A DNA stretch of 64,000 nucleotides from Bacillota bacterium (GTDB lineage Bacteria; Bacillota; Clostridia; Christensenellales; SZUA-584). The translations under genes were made by a program, and so were the position numbers. Below are positions 48,921 to 58,029 of this stretch, in pieces (positions within the stretch are counted from its first letter, which is position 1; the number at the start of each line of letters is the position of its first letter). The stretch lies in assembly GCA_023415915.1 (NCBI GenBank), contig JAEZIZ010000083.1, positions 124,336 to 188,335 on the forward strand, written 5' to 3'. The notes below the pieces were generated by a model. It searched no databases. It had not been told where the DNA came from and was given only the letters and a program-made list of their open reading frames with translations.

Positions 48921-50219
48921 TTAAAACTTTCTTTTATCTATTACGCGCTTTGCCTTTCCCATGCTGCGCTCTATCGACTTTGGTTCGACGAGCGTTACTT
49001 TTACGCTTATATTGAGTACGTTCTGTATGGCGCTCCTTATCTTCTCGCTCAAAGCTTCAAGCTTCCTTACCTCGTCCGAGAAGAACTCGGGAGATACTTC
49101 CACCTGCACCTCCAAGGTATCGAAGTTGTCCACCCTGTCTACGATTATCTGATAGTTGGGCGAAGCCTCCGCGATTTCCACCAGCACGCTCTCTATCTGC
49201 GCCGGGAACACGTTTACGCCGCGTATAATAAGCATGTCGTCCGTGCGGCCCATCACCTTTTCCATACGCACCATAGTGCGCCCGCAGCCGCACTTTTCGG
49301 CGTGCAGCGCCGTTATGTCGCGCGTCCTGTACCTTATCAGCGGTATTCCGTCCTTGTCTATCGTCGTTATTACGAGCTCTCCTTTTTCGCCGTACGGCAG
49401 AGGCTCGAGCGTATCGGGGTCAATTATCTCGGGCAGGAAGAAATCCTCCGCTATATGCAGTCCCTGTTTGTATTCGCAGTCCGCCGCGACACCGGGGCCC
49501 ATTATCTCGGAGAGCCCGTATATGTCAATAGCGAGTATGCCAAGCCGCTTCTCTATCTCGCTCCTCATAGCTTCCGTCCAGGGCTCCGCGCCGAATATGC
49601 CGGCCTCGAGCTTAAGAGCTTTCCTGTCTATGCCCATCTCCTCCATAGTCTCTGCCATAAACAGCGCGTACGAGGGCGTGCATGCGAGTATCGTAGTTCC
49701 GAAATCCTGCATCAGCATTATCTGCCTTTGTGTGTTGCCGCCCGATACCGGCACGGTTATCGCGCCTAAAGCCTCCGCGCCGTAGTGCGCTCCGAGCCCT
49801 CCGGTAAAAAGCCCGTAGCCATACGCCACCTGCACGACGGAATGGCTGTTGCCGCCCGCGAAAACGAGTGTTCTCGCCATAAGGCTCGCCCAGTTTTCTA
49901 TGTCGCGCTTCGTATACCCAACTACCGTAGGCTTGCCCGTAGTGCCCGACGAGGCGTGCACCCTTACTATCTCTTCCCTTGGCACGGCAAACATGCCGAA
50001 CGGGTAATTATCCCGCAAATCGCTTTTAAGCGTGAACGGCAGCAGCTTTAAATCGCCAAGACTTTTTATATCTTCCGGCTTTACACCTTTTTCATCAAAA
50101 GCTTTTTTATAGAACGGTACGTTTTCATATACTTTCTTTACTGTTCTCTTTAATTTATAAAACTGCAGGGCTTCAAGCTGATCCCTTTCCATGCATTCTA
50201 TTTCTTTGTTCCAATACAT
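48921..50219 (-). CDS. phenylacetate--CoA ligase family protein (copy 1)
   Basis: 432 aa with AMP-binding motif SSGTTGKPT and [15 protein letters not shown]. Confidence 0.9.
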   Translation of the reverse strand: MYWNKEIECMERDQLEALQFYKLKRTVKKVYENVPFYKKAFDEKGVKPEDIKSLGDLKLLPFTLKSDLRDNYPFGMFAVPREEIVRVHASSGTTGKPTVVGYTKRDIENWASLMARTLVFAGGNSHSVVQVAYGYGLFTGGLGAHYGAEALGAITVPVSGGNTQRQIMLMQDFGTTILACTPSYALFMAETMEEMGIDRKALKLEAGIFGAEPWTEAMRSEIEKRLGILAIDIYGLSEIMGPGVAADCEYKQGLHIAEDFFLPEIIDPDTLEPLPYGEKGELVITTIDKDGIPLIRYRTRDITALHAEKCGCGRTMVRMEKVMGRTDDMLIIRGVNVFPAQIESVLVEIAEASPNYQIIVDRVDNFDTLEVQVEVSPEFFSDEVRKLEALSEKIRSAIQNVLNISVKVTLVEPKSIERSMGKAKRVIDKRKF

Positions 50220-50257
50220 ATTCGGCCTCCAAATTTTATACCCTAATAAGGGAAATG

Positions 50258-50821
50258 TTAAAATTCGTAGCCTTTCTCAAACGCCTTAAGATTAACGTCC
50301 AATAGCTTTTGGGGTATCGTTTCTTTAATGGCATCTATGAAAAGCTGTTTATCAATGTCGCTGCTCCTGGCAAACGCACCTATAAGCACCGTGTTCACCG
50401 CTTTTTCACTGCCCGCCTGCTTTGCTAGCGACAAAGCGTCGATAAACACTGCTTCCGGCGCCGCCTTGCGTATCCTGTCCTCTATGTCGCAAGGATATTC
50501 TTCCGCTCCGGTAACTACCGGCATAGGAGAAATCTGCTGCGTATTGATAAACATACTGCCGTTTTTTTTCAAACGGCATATCCACCTCAACCCCTCAAGC
50601 TTTTCAAAAGCAAGTATAACATCCGCTCTGCCCTCGTCTATCACGGGCGAATGCACCTTATCACCGAAGCGCACGTGAGTGACGACGCTGCCTCCGCGCT
50701 GCGCCATTCCGTGCACTTCCGATAGCTTTACATCATATCCCGCAGCCACTGCGAGATTACCAAGTATCCTGCTCGCGAGCAGCGTGCCCTGCCCGCCTAC
50801 GCCTACTATCAATATATCCAT
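50258..50821 (-). CDS. iorB: indolepyruvate:ferredoxin oxidoreductase subunit beta
   Basis: 187 aa with [12 protein letters not shown] pyruvate/ketoisovalerate oxidoreductase gamma-type motif. Immediately after iorA. Confidence 0.9.
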   Translation of the reverse strand: MDILIVGVGGQGTLLASRILGNLAVAAGYDVKLSEVHGMAQRGGSVVTHVRFGDKVHSPVIDEGRADVILAFEKLEGLRWICRLKKNGSMFINTQQISPMPVVTGAEEYPCDIEDRIRKAAPEAVFIDALSLAKQAGSEKAVNTVLIGAFARSSDIDKQLFIDAIKETIPQKLLDVNLKAFEKGYEF

Positions 50822-50822
50822 A

Positions 50823-52544
50823 CTACCTAGCCTCTATAGCGCCGAATGCGCATACTCCGGAGCACAGCCCGCATCCGGTGCACACCGCGCCGTCTATCTT
50901 CATGCTGTTTTGCGATTTTTCAATTGCCGGGCAGCCGAGCTTAAGACAAACGCCGCACGTCCTGCATTTGTCGTTTACGATATACGGTTCGTACTTTGCT
51001 TTTTTATCCAGCAGCACGCACGGACGCCTTACTATTATAACGCTCAGCTCTTCCCTTGCGGTCTCTTCTTTAAGCGCTGTTTCCAGACCTTTCAAGTCGT
51101 AAGGGTCGGCTATCCTTATATGCTTTACACCGAGGCTCTTTATAAGCAGCGGCAGATCGACGGCCTCTACAATATCGCCCTTTATCCTCCTACCCGTTCC
51201 GGGATGGTCCTGATGCCCCGTCATGCCCGTTGTGGAGTTGTCAAGTATAAGCACCGTGGACGTAGCTCCGTTATAAACCATGTCCACAAGCCCTGTAATA
51301 CCTGAATGGAAGAACGTAGAATCGCCTATTACGGCTACGAGCTTGCGCGCAAAGTCCTTGCCGCGCGCTTTTTCCATGCCCATCGCGCATCCTATACTCG
51401 CGCCCATGCATATGCACGTGTCTATGCCCTGAAGCGGAGGCGTAGCGCCCAGCGTATAGCATCCTATATCGCCGGCAGCGGTTATGCCGAGCTTTTTAAG
51501 CACATAATATACGCCCCTGTGCGGGCAGCCCGGACACATAACGGGCGGCCTCTGAGGCAGCGCTCCGGGTTCGGCAATATCTTTCTTTTCGCCGCCGAGT
51601 CTCGCCGCTATGGTGTTTACGCTGTATTCGCCCTGAACGGTGAAAAGCTCCTTGCCGGATACGCTGATGCCCATAGCCTTTATCTGGTCTTCTATGAAAG
51701 GCTCTAATTCCTCTATGACGTAAAGCTTATCTACGTTCGCGGCAAACTCCCTTATACTGCCCTCCGGCAGAGGATATACCATGCCTAGCTTTAATACGCT
51801 CGCGCCTGGCAGCGCTTCCTTTACGTACTCGTATGTAACGCCGCTCGTAATTATGCCTATGCTTTTATCGTTGTATTCTACAGCGTTTATATCCATCGTG
51901 TCCGCATGCGCCTTTATGTCGTTCATGCGCTTTTCGACGATTATATGTCGTTTCTTCGCCATGCCGGGCATCATCACGTACTTGCCTATGTCCTTTACGT
52001 ACGGCTTTAAGGCAGCTTCCTTCCTGTCCGAAAGTTCCACAATTCCCTGAGAATGCGAGAGCCGCGTACTCGAGCGCACTAAAACCGGCGTATCGAACTT
52101 CTCGGATAAATCAAAAGCTAATTTAACAAACTCCTTCGCTTCGATGCTATCCGAAGGTTCGAGCATGGGCACATGCGCGCTGCGAGCGTAAAACCGCGAG
52201 TCCTGCTCGTTCTGGCTCGAATGCATGCCGGGGTCGTCCGCTACTATTATGACGAGCCCGCCGTTTACGCCCGTGTATGACGCCGTGAACAGCGGGTCGG
52301 CCGCTACGTTCAAACCTACGTGCTTCATGCAGCACAGCGCCCGGGCGCCTGCTATGGACGCGCCTATGGCTACCTCCATGGCCACCTTCTCGTTGGGCGA
52401 CCATTCTGCGTATATTCCATCGTATTTTGCAATGTTTTCGGTAATCTCCGTACTCGGCGTGCCGGGATATGCCGTTGCGACGCTTACTCCCGCCTCGTAC
52501 GCTCCTCTGGCGAACGCTTCGTTGCCAAGCAATAATTTTCTCAT
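50823..52544 (-). CDS. iorA: indolepyruvate:ferredoxin oxidoreductase subunit alpha
   Basis: 573 aa with TPP-binding GDSTFFHSG and C-terminal 2x[4Fe-4S] CRTCGVC...CP / CTGCGLCSGVC. Confidence 0.93.
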   Translation of the reverse strand: MRKLLLGNEAFARGAYEAGVSVATAYPGTPSTEITENIAKYDGIYAEWSPNEKVAMEVAIGASIAGARALCCMKHVGLNVAADPLFTASYTGVNGGLVIIVADDPGMHSSQNEQDSRFYARSAHVPMLEPSDSIEAKEFVKLAFDLSEKFDTPVLVRSSTRLSHSQGIVELSDRKEAALKPYVKDIGKYVMMPGMAKKRHIIVEKRMNDIKAHADTMDINAVEYNDKSIGIITSGVTYEYVKEALPGASVLKLGMVYPLPEGSIREFAANVDKLYVIEELEPFIEDQIKAMGISVSGKELFTVQGEYSVNTIAARLGGEKKDIAEPGALPQRPPVMCPGCPHRGVYYVLKKLGITAAGDIGCYTLGATPPLQGIDTCICMGASIGCAMGMEKARGKDFARKLVAVIGDSTFFHSGITGLVDMVYNGATSTVLILDNSTTGMTGHQDHPGTGRRIKGDIVEAVDLPLLIKSLGVKHIRIADPYDLKGLETALKEETAREELSVIIVRRPCVLLDKKAKYEPYIVNDKCRTCGVCLKLGCPAIEKSQNSMKIDGAVCTGCGLCSGVCAFGAIEAR

Positions 52545-52556
52545 GTATGTCCTCGT

Positions 52557-53849
52557 TTATCGTAAATCTGTTACTCTCTTCGCCTTTCCTTCGAACCGCT
52601 TTAAAGACTGCGGTTCCACGAGCCGCACGTCAGCGTCTATGCCGAGCACGGTATGCAGCGCGTTCTTTACTTTGTGCTCAAGCGCCTCGAGCGCGCTGAA
52701 CCTGTCGAGCAGCCCCGCGTCCACCACCTCGACGAGCACCTCAATCTTGTCCATATAACCGTCTTTGCGCACTATTATCTCGTAATGTGGCCCTAAGTCC
52801 TCTATATCGAGCAACACGCTCTCTATCTGCGACGGGAACACGTTTACGCCGCGTATTATCAGCATGTCGTCCGTGCGTCCCTGTATCTTTGCCATGCGCA
52901 TTGACGTCCTGCCGCACTCACATTTTTCGGGCATGAGCCACGTTATGTCCTTTGTGCGGTAACGCAATATAGGCAGCGCTTCCTTGGTGAGCGATGTTAT
53001 AACGAGCTCGCCCGGCTGGCCGGGAGGTACCGGCTCGAGCGTATCCTTATCCACGACTTCGCAATAGAAATGGTCTTCCGCTATGTGCATGCCGTTCCTA
53101 ATGTAGCATTCGCCCGACACGCCGGGGCCTATAACTTCCGACAGCCCGTAGTTTTCCGTCGCTACGATATTCCACGCTTTTTCTATCTCGCGGCGCATTT
53201 CTTCGGTATGGCCTTCGCCCCCGAACATGCCAAGCCGCAGCGGAAGCTTTTTCGTATCTATTCCTGCCTTCTTTGCGCACTCAGCCATATAAAGCGCGTA
53301 CGACGGCGTGCCTACCAGCAGCGTAGTGCCGAAATCCTGCATTATCATAAGCTGGCGCTCCGTGTTCCCGCCTGAAATGGGTATAACGGTAGCGCCCAGT
53401 TTTTCAAGTCCGTAATGCAGCCCGAACGCGCCTGTAAACAGCGTGTATCCGAACGTTATCTGCGCTATGTCGTCGGGCGTCGCGCCCGCGGCGCATGCGA
53501 GCCTTGCTATAAGCTCAGCCCACATGTCTATATCGGCTCTTGTGTAGCCCACGACCGTCGGCTTGCCCGTCGTGCCCGAGGATGCGTGTATCCTCACTAT
53601 CTCCTTCATCGGCGCAGCGAACAGCTTATACGGGTAGTTCTGCCGCAAGTCGTCCTTTACCGTAAACGGAATCTTGCGTATATCCGCAAGCGTCTTTATA
53701 TCGGCGGGTTTAAGACCAACCTCGTCGAACTTTTTTCTGTAATGCTCAACGTTGTTGTAGCACCGTTCTACCGTACTTTTGAGCCGCTGCGTCTGTATGG
53801 CCTCTATCTCGTCCCGCGACGCGCATTCCATTGCTTCATTCCAAATCAT
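52557..53849 (-). CDS. phenylacetate--CoA ligase family protein (copy 2)
   Basis: 430 aa with SSGTTGKPT and [15 protein letters not shown]. By eye, roughly half of residues are identical to copy 1. Confidence 0.9.
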   Translation of the reverse strand: MIWNEAMECASRDEIEAIQTQRLKSTVERCYNNVEHYRKKFDEVGLKPADIKTLADIRKIPFTVKDDLRQNYPYKLFAAPMKEIVRIHASSGTTGKPTVVGYTRADIDMWAELIARLACAAGATPDDIAQITFGYTLFTGAFGLHYGLEKLGATVIPISGGNTERQLMIMQDFGTTLLVGTPSYALYMAECAKKAGIDTKKLPLRLGMFGGEGHTEEMRREIEKAWNIVATENYGLSEVIGPGVSGECYIRNGMHIAEDHFYCEVVDKDTLEPVPPGQPGELVITSLTKEALPILRYRTKDITWLMPEKCECGRTSMRMAKIQGRTDDMLIIRGVNVFPSQIESVLLDIEDLGPHYEIIVRKDGYMDKIEVLVEVVDAGLLDRFSALEALEHKVKNALHTVLGIDADVRLVEPQSLKRFEGKAKRVTDLR

Positions 53850-54041
53850 ATTCTCTCCTCACTTTACGCGTCAAAAAGCTAAGAATGCTCTTTGACTACG
53901 CGATATTAAGTCCGCACGAAAGAGAATTGCCGTGCTTCCGTTCTTCTTACGGATGATTATAGACCATATGCCGTGAAAAATAAAGAGTTTCTGTGAACAG
54001 TGCATATATATGCATATTTGAAGCAAAAACTGATACCCCGT

Positions 54042-54136
54042 GCCATTCCGAGCATGCGAGGAATCCCCTTCTGCAAAGCACTCTATATTGGATTCAGGCC
54101 TTCAGTCACAAGCTCGGAATAACATCTCGAAATGAC
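54042..54136. repeat. copy E1 of a ~90-nt structured intergenic element (same family as 25036 and 11706)
   Basis: GCCATTCCGAGCATGCGAGGAATCCCCTTCTGCAAAGCACTC...CACAAGCTCGGAAT...ATGAC. Terminal inverted repeat ATTCCGAGC (54045-54053) / GCTCGGAAT (54112-54120). Confidence 0.8.
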
Positions 54137-54208
54137 ATTTAGAAGAGTCTTTTGATATGTGAAAAACAGTAAAGCCAACTTTCTGGGCTTTTGATAAAAG
54201 CAACATTT

Positions 54209-54299
54209 GTCATTCTGAACGAGCGTAGCGAGTGAAGAATCCCCTTCTGTAAATCACTCGACATGGGTTCCAGACTTTCGGCCACAAGCTCGGTATGAC
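54209..54299. repeat. copy E2 of the same element
   Basis: GTCATTCTGAACGAGCGTAGCGAGTGAAGAATCCCCTTCTGTAAATCACTC...CACAAGCTCGGTATGAC. Shares GAATCCCCTTCTG and CACAAGCTCGG blocks with E1. Confidence 0.8.
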
Positions 54300-54323
54300 A
54301 TTTTGACGAGTTTCCACAAAGCA

Positions 54324-54345
54324 AAAAGCCGGTAAACCGGCTTTT
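54324..54345. terminator. bidirectional terminator downstream of yjbQ
   Basis: AAAAGCCGG taaa CCGGCTTTT. Confidence 0.8.
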
Positions 54346-54358
54346 CTGTTTGCTCTTA

Positions 54359-54775
54359 CTATTCTCCTATTATCTTTATCATTACCCTCTTTTTTCTCAT
54401 GCCGTCAAACTCGCCGTAGAATATCTGCTCCCACGGGCCGAAATCGAGCTTACCTTCCGTAACCGCTACAACCACCTCGCGGCCCATCACCGAGCGCTTA
54501 AGGTGCGCGTCGGCGTTGTCCTCAAAGCCATTGTGCGCGTACTGCGAATGCGGTTTTTCGGGAGCGAGCTTCTCGAGCCATTTCTCAAAATCGCTGTGCA
54601 GTCCCGGCTCGTCGTCGTTTATGAACACGCTTGCAGTTATGTGCATTGCGTTTACGAGACAAAGCCCTTCTTTTATGCCGCTCTCAGCAAGCGCTCTTTC
54701 CACATCGCCCGTTATGTTGATATACGCGCGCCTTGTGGGCACGTCCAGCGCAAGTACCTTTCTGTAGCTCTTCAT
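54359..54775 (-). CDS. yjbQ: secondary thiamine-phosphate synthase enzyme YjbQ (UPF0047)
   Basis: Start at ATG 54775 after GGAGG ([25 protein letters not shown]...). [15 protein letters not shown] and NADAHLK motifs typical of UPF0047. Confidence 0.85.
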   Translation of the reverse strand: MKSYRKVLALDVPTRRAYINITGDVERALAESGIKEGLCLVNAMHITASVFINDDEPGLHSDFEKWLEKLAPEKPHSQYAHNGFEDNADAHLKRSVMGREVVVAVTEGKLDFGPWEQIFYGEFDGMRKKRVMIKIIGE

Positions 54776-54844
54776 ACATACCGCCTCCGTTTCTTTGCAT
54801 AATGATATTTCATTATCGGCGGCATGTAAAGTGTTTCGCGGCAA

Positions 54845-55600
54845 TTATCCGCAGTAGATCATTATCGCGTCGCGAAGGAACTCTGCGCAGCCGGGCGCGA
54901 TGTTATCGTAATACGCCTTGAACCGCTCGTCGGCCACGTACATCTGAGCTATACCTTTGTGAGCTTCTTTCGTATAGCTGTCCCATGTGCACATCAGCCA
55001 CTGCTTATGCAGCCCGCACGCCTTTTGCGCGAGCTCGCCCGCGGGGTCGCCCGCAGCAACCGCGGCTTTCAGCGTTTTGTTTATCTCGGCCGACAGCCGC
55101 TCCATTTCGTCGTACTGCTCCTTTGTCATGCTCATGAACCTGGCGTTGGATTTCTCAACGGTTTTCTCGCCGTACTTTTCGCGTATCTCCGCTCCGTACT
55201 TTCTTTCGTTTTCTTCCAGCTTATTCTTTTTAAAACCTTCAAATCTTTCCCTGTCCGTCATGGTCGTTTCTCCTTTCTCAGCTGAAATTGTTTTTTCCAA
55301 GTTTTTTATCAGTGCGTCCAGCCTCGCCCTTCTTTCTTTGAGCGCCTCAAGATGCCCTTTTAATGCCTTTTGTTTTTCAAAGCCGGGCGCGCTCAAAATC
55401 TCTGCTATCCTTCCAAGCTCCACGCCCAGCTCGCGGTAAAACATTATCTGCTGCAGCCGCTCCGTCTGTTTGGAGCCGTATATCCTGTAACCGGACGAAT
55501 TTATCCTTTCAGGCTTAAGCAGCCCTATACCGTCGTAATACCGGAGCGTGCGCGTGCTCACTCCCGCGAGCTTCCCCAACTCGTTTATCGTGTACTCCAT
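54845..55600 (-). CDS. MerR family transcriptional regulator, TipA/Mta type (N-terminal HTH plus TipAS-like C-terminal domain)
   Basis: MEYTINELGKLAGVSTRTLRYYDGIGLLKPER... MerR HTH, a coiled-coil linker, and a ~140-aa C-terminal domain. Confidence 0.88.
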   Translation of the reverse strand: MEYTINELGKLAGVSTRTLRYYDGIGLLKPERINSSGYRIYGSKQTERLQQIMFYRELGVELGRIAEILSAPGFEKQKALKGHLEALKERRARLDALIKNLEKTISAEKGETTMTDRERFEGFKKNKLEENERKYGAEIREKYGEKTVEKSNARFMSMTKEQYDEMERLSAEINKTLKAAVAAGDPAGELAQKACGLHKQWLMCTWDSYTKEAHKGIAQMYVADERFKAYYDNIAPGCAEFLRDAIMIYCG

Positions 55601-55624
55601 GTCCTCACCTCCTGCCTTGAAACC

Positions 55625-55655
55625 AATGTAAACTATGACGTTACGTCAATGTCAA
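55625..55655 (-). promoter_or_regulatory. MerR-type promoter/operator: -35 TTGACA, 19-bp spacer containing dyad TGACGT-n-ACGTCA, -10 TACATT
   Basis: Minus strand. -35 is the reverse complement of 55650-55655 and -10 is the reverse complement of 55625-55630. The 6-1-6 palindrome lies at 55636-55648 inside the over-long spacer. Confidence 0.7.
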
Positions 55656-55683
55656 TAGATTTTTATAAATATTTTCCGAAAAT

Positions 55684-55707
55684 AAAAAAGCACCGGCTGC
55701 CCGATGC
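55684..55707 (-). terminator. terminator after copZ
   Basis: On the minus strand, GCAUCGG gca GCCGGUGC followed by UUUUUUAUUUU. Confidence 0.65.
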
Positions 55708-55722
55708 TTCTAATCACGGGTA

Positions 55723-55929
55723 TTACTCCATGTCATATCCCGCTTCTTTTACCGCTTCCTTTATGTCGTTATAGCCTAACTTCGTTTCGTCGTAGAGTAC
55801 CGTGATACTCCCTTTTTCAAGATCCACATCGCAGCTCTCTACGCCGCTCAATTCGGTCACGGCGTTTTTTACGTGCATTACGCAGTGGTTGCAGCTCATG
55901 CCGCTTACTTTATATGTTTTTTCAATCAT
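55723..55929 (-). CDS. copZ: heavy-metal-associated (HMA) domain copper chaperone
   Basis: 68 aa with GMSCNHC metal-binding motif and a ferredoxin-like fold pattern. Confidence 0.9.
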   Translation of the reverse strand: MIEKTYKVSGMSCNHCVMHVKNAVTELSGVESCDVDLEKGSITVLYDETKLGYNDIKEAVKEAGYDME

Positions 55930-56018
55930 ATCGTTCTCCTTATACGCTTTAATTCCTTATTTACATAATATTTTACCGCAAATCCCACACTAAGTATGTA
56001 ACTTTATTACGATACAGA

Positions 56019-57110
56019 TCAATCCGTCTCCAGAGCCTGATGTACGAGATCGGCGCATAGATATTTCGCTTTATCCCAAATAAGCGTTTGAAACTCCTCG
56101 TCGTTGTGCGGAGCAGCCCCGTTGCCCGCAGGCGTCAGCTCTATGCAAAACGCGGGGCGCTTAAACTCCTGACGGAACCAGTTTTCAAAACCCGCACCGT
56201 ACACCGCGGGGTCTTCTGAAACCGGGTTAAGCGCATATCCCGTTACGTCCGAAAGTGTCTGCGCTATTTGCTGCGCCGCCGGTATCTCGTCTTCCGTGCC
56301 GCTGTCCGCCCAGTATATTACCTCGCCCTTGGAATGAAACGACGCCGCGAGCAGAAAATCGTTTTCTTCGCACAGCTTCATCATGGCCTTAACCTCCGGC
56401 TCGGTGGCGGGAGCCTCGCCTTTATACATCTCCGAGCTCGGCACGTCGGTGTTGCTCGCCTTTTCCTCCCAATGGCACGGGTACTGGCGGTTTAAATCCA
56501 CGCCGTTTATATTGGCCTTCCACTCGCTGTATCCATGCTGCATCATGCGCATGCTCTTTACCTTCTCCGGGTCTTTTACCGACTCAATACCGTTCTGCAC
56601 GAGGTTTACGCCGTCGGGGTTTACCATGGGCACTATATATATAGTTGCTTCGTCGAGCAGCGCTTTTATATCGAAGCCGCCGTAAGCTTCTCCCGACTCA
56701 TAGCTTCTTGCGTACTCGTCAATAGTCTCCATAAGATATGTGGAGGTTATATATTCCCGCGCGTGATGCGCGCCCGCAAAGGCTATCTTATTGTCTCCCC
56801 TGCCCAGCTTTATTAAAAGTATATCCCTGCCCTCCACCGATTTGCCTATCACGTCCGTCTCTATAAGGCCAGGATGTGCCGCTTTTAGCGCTTTTGAGTC
56901 CGCAAACATCATCTCATATGAATATGTGCGGTTCGGGTTTACTATGTCAGTATTTTTGCTATTGCTTGAATCAATGCCGCTGCCGGATGTGATTAGCGGC
57001 GGGTTTGTTATTACCGCCACCGATAATTCCGGCGACGCATCGGGCGCTTTTGTTGCACATCCTGCCAGCAGCAGCGCCGCCGTTATTAATACGATTAAAA
57101 GTCTCTTCAT
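56019..57110 (-). CDS. M14 family zinc carboxypeptidase (gamma-D-glutamyl-meso-diaminopimelate peptidase-like) lipoprotein
   Basis: Lipobox LLLAGC and zinc motif HAREYITS (HxxE). 363 aa. Confidence 0.8.
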   Translation of the reverse strand: MKRLLIVLITAALLLAGCATKAPDASPELSVAVITNPPLITSGSGIDSSNSKNTDIVNPNRTYSYEMMFADSKALKAAHPGLIETDVIGKSVEGRDILLIKLGRGDNKIAFAGAHHAREYITSTYLMETIDEYARSYESGEAYGGFDIKALLDEATIYIVPMVNPDGVNLVQNGIESVKDPEKVKSMRMMQHGYSEWKANINGVDLNRQYPCHWEEKASNTDVPSSEMYKGEAPATEPEVKAMMKLCEENDFLLAASFHSKGEVIYWADSGTEDEIPAAQQIAQTLSDVTGYALNPVSEDPAVYGAGFENWFRQEFKRPAFCIELTPAGNGAAPHNDEEFQTLIWDKAKYLCADLVHQALETD

Positions 57111-57264
57111 ATGTGTATATCCTTCTCACCACGCATTTTTCATATTAAAGCATATTATAAACCGCGTCAATAAAACAAATACCCTTTATTTGGGATACAG
57201 AAAAAGCGGCGCTATGGCCGCAGATTCTGCAGATTATAAATACCAAATCTTTTTTTGGGTATTT

Positions 57265-58017
57265 CTATTTTTTTACCGTCGCTCTTCGCATAGCGAGAAA
57301 GCTCAGCGCCCCGAATACCGCTGCCGTTATAAAGCATGTCAACACCGAAATATACGGGTTGTATCCATCGAGGAATCCCCACGCTTTTGCGAAGAAATAT
57401 CTCAATGCGTCAAATATCTTGCCGTCAAACAGGTAAGTGTCCATATACGGCAGCAACATTAAAAAGAACACCGGCACGCCTATAGACACTATGAGCTTTA
57501 AGGACTTTCCCATGCGGTAATATATAGTCGTAATAAAGAATCCTATCAACGACAGCGCGGTATAAAGGAAAGTCATCCATACAAATCCATCCAGCGCCAC
57601 CCGCATTTGCGCACTGAAATTCAAAATCGGGCCGTAGTGCATATGATACATCTGATAAAATATCGACTGGAAACTGCCCACAGAAGACAAAGCAAGGTTG
57701 TTTATGGTGTCTATGAGCGCCATAAAAACGGCAAGCGGTACTACCGCTAAAATATAACTTTTAAACATTGTTTTTCTGGAAACCCCATTGGCGAGGAACA
57801 GGTGAAACGTGCTTTTAAACGAATTAAGTCCGAATACGAATATGAATATCGCCGTCGATATCTCGACTCCGCTCGATGTTACCCTAATACCATTGTGCGA
57901 CATTACGACCCGCTGTATACCAGCAAATATTATAATGGCGTATATGATGATGTAGAATATAATAAGCGGCTTTATCATGCCATGTATCTGATATTTTAAC
58001 GCAGCTTTAAGTTTCAT
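57265..58017 (-). CDS. ABC-2 type transporter permease (polytopic membrane protein)
   Basis: 250 aa, about 6 hydrophobic segments. Directly downstream of the ABC ATPase. Confidence 0.7.
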   Translation of the reverse strand: MKLKAALKYQIHGMIKPLIIFYIIIYAIIIFAGIQRVVMSHNGIRVTSSGVEISTAIFIFVFGLNSFKSTFHLFLANGVSRKTMFKSYILAVVPLAVFMALIDTINNLALSSVGSFQSIFYQMYHMHYGPILNFSAQMRVALDGFVWMTFLYTALSLIGFFITTIYYRMGKSLKLIVSIGVPVFFLMLLPYMDTYLFDGKIFDALRYFFAKAWGFLDGYNPYISVLTCFITAAVFGALSFLAMRRATVKK

Positions 58018-58029
58018 TTTCTTTCTCCT

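Noticed and set aside
55930-56018. Copper-responsive operator upstream of copZ.
   Set aside because: No TACAnnTGTA CopY box or G+C-rich CsoR-type inverted repeat could be found, so nothing supports a call.
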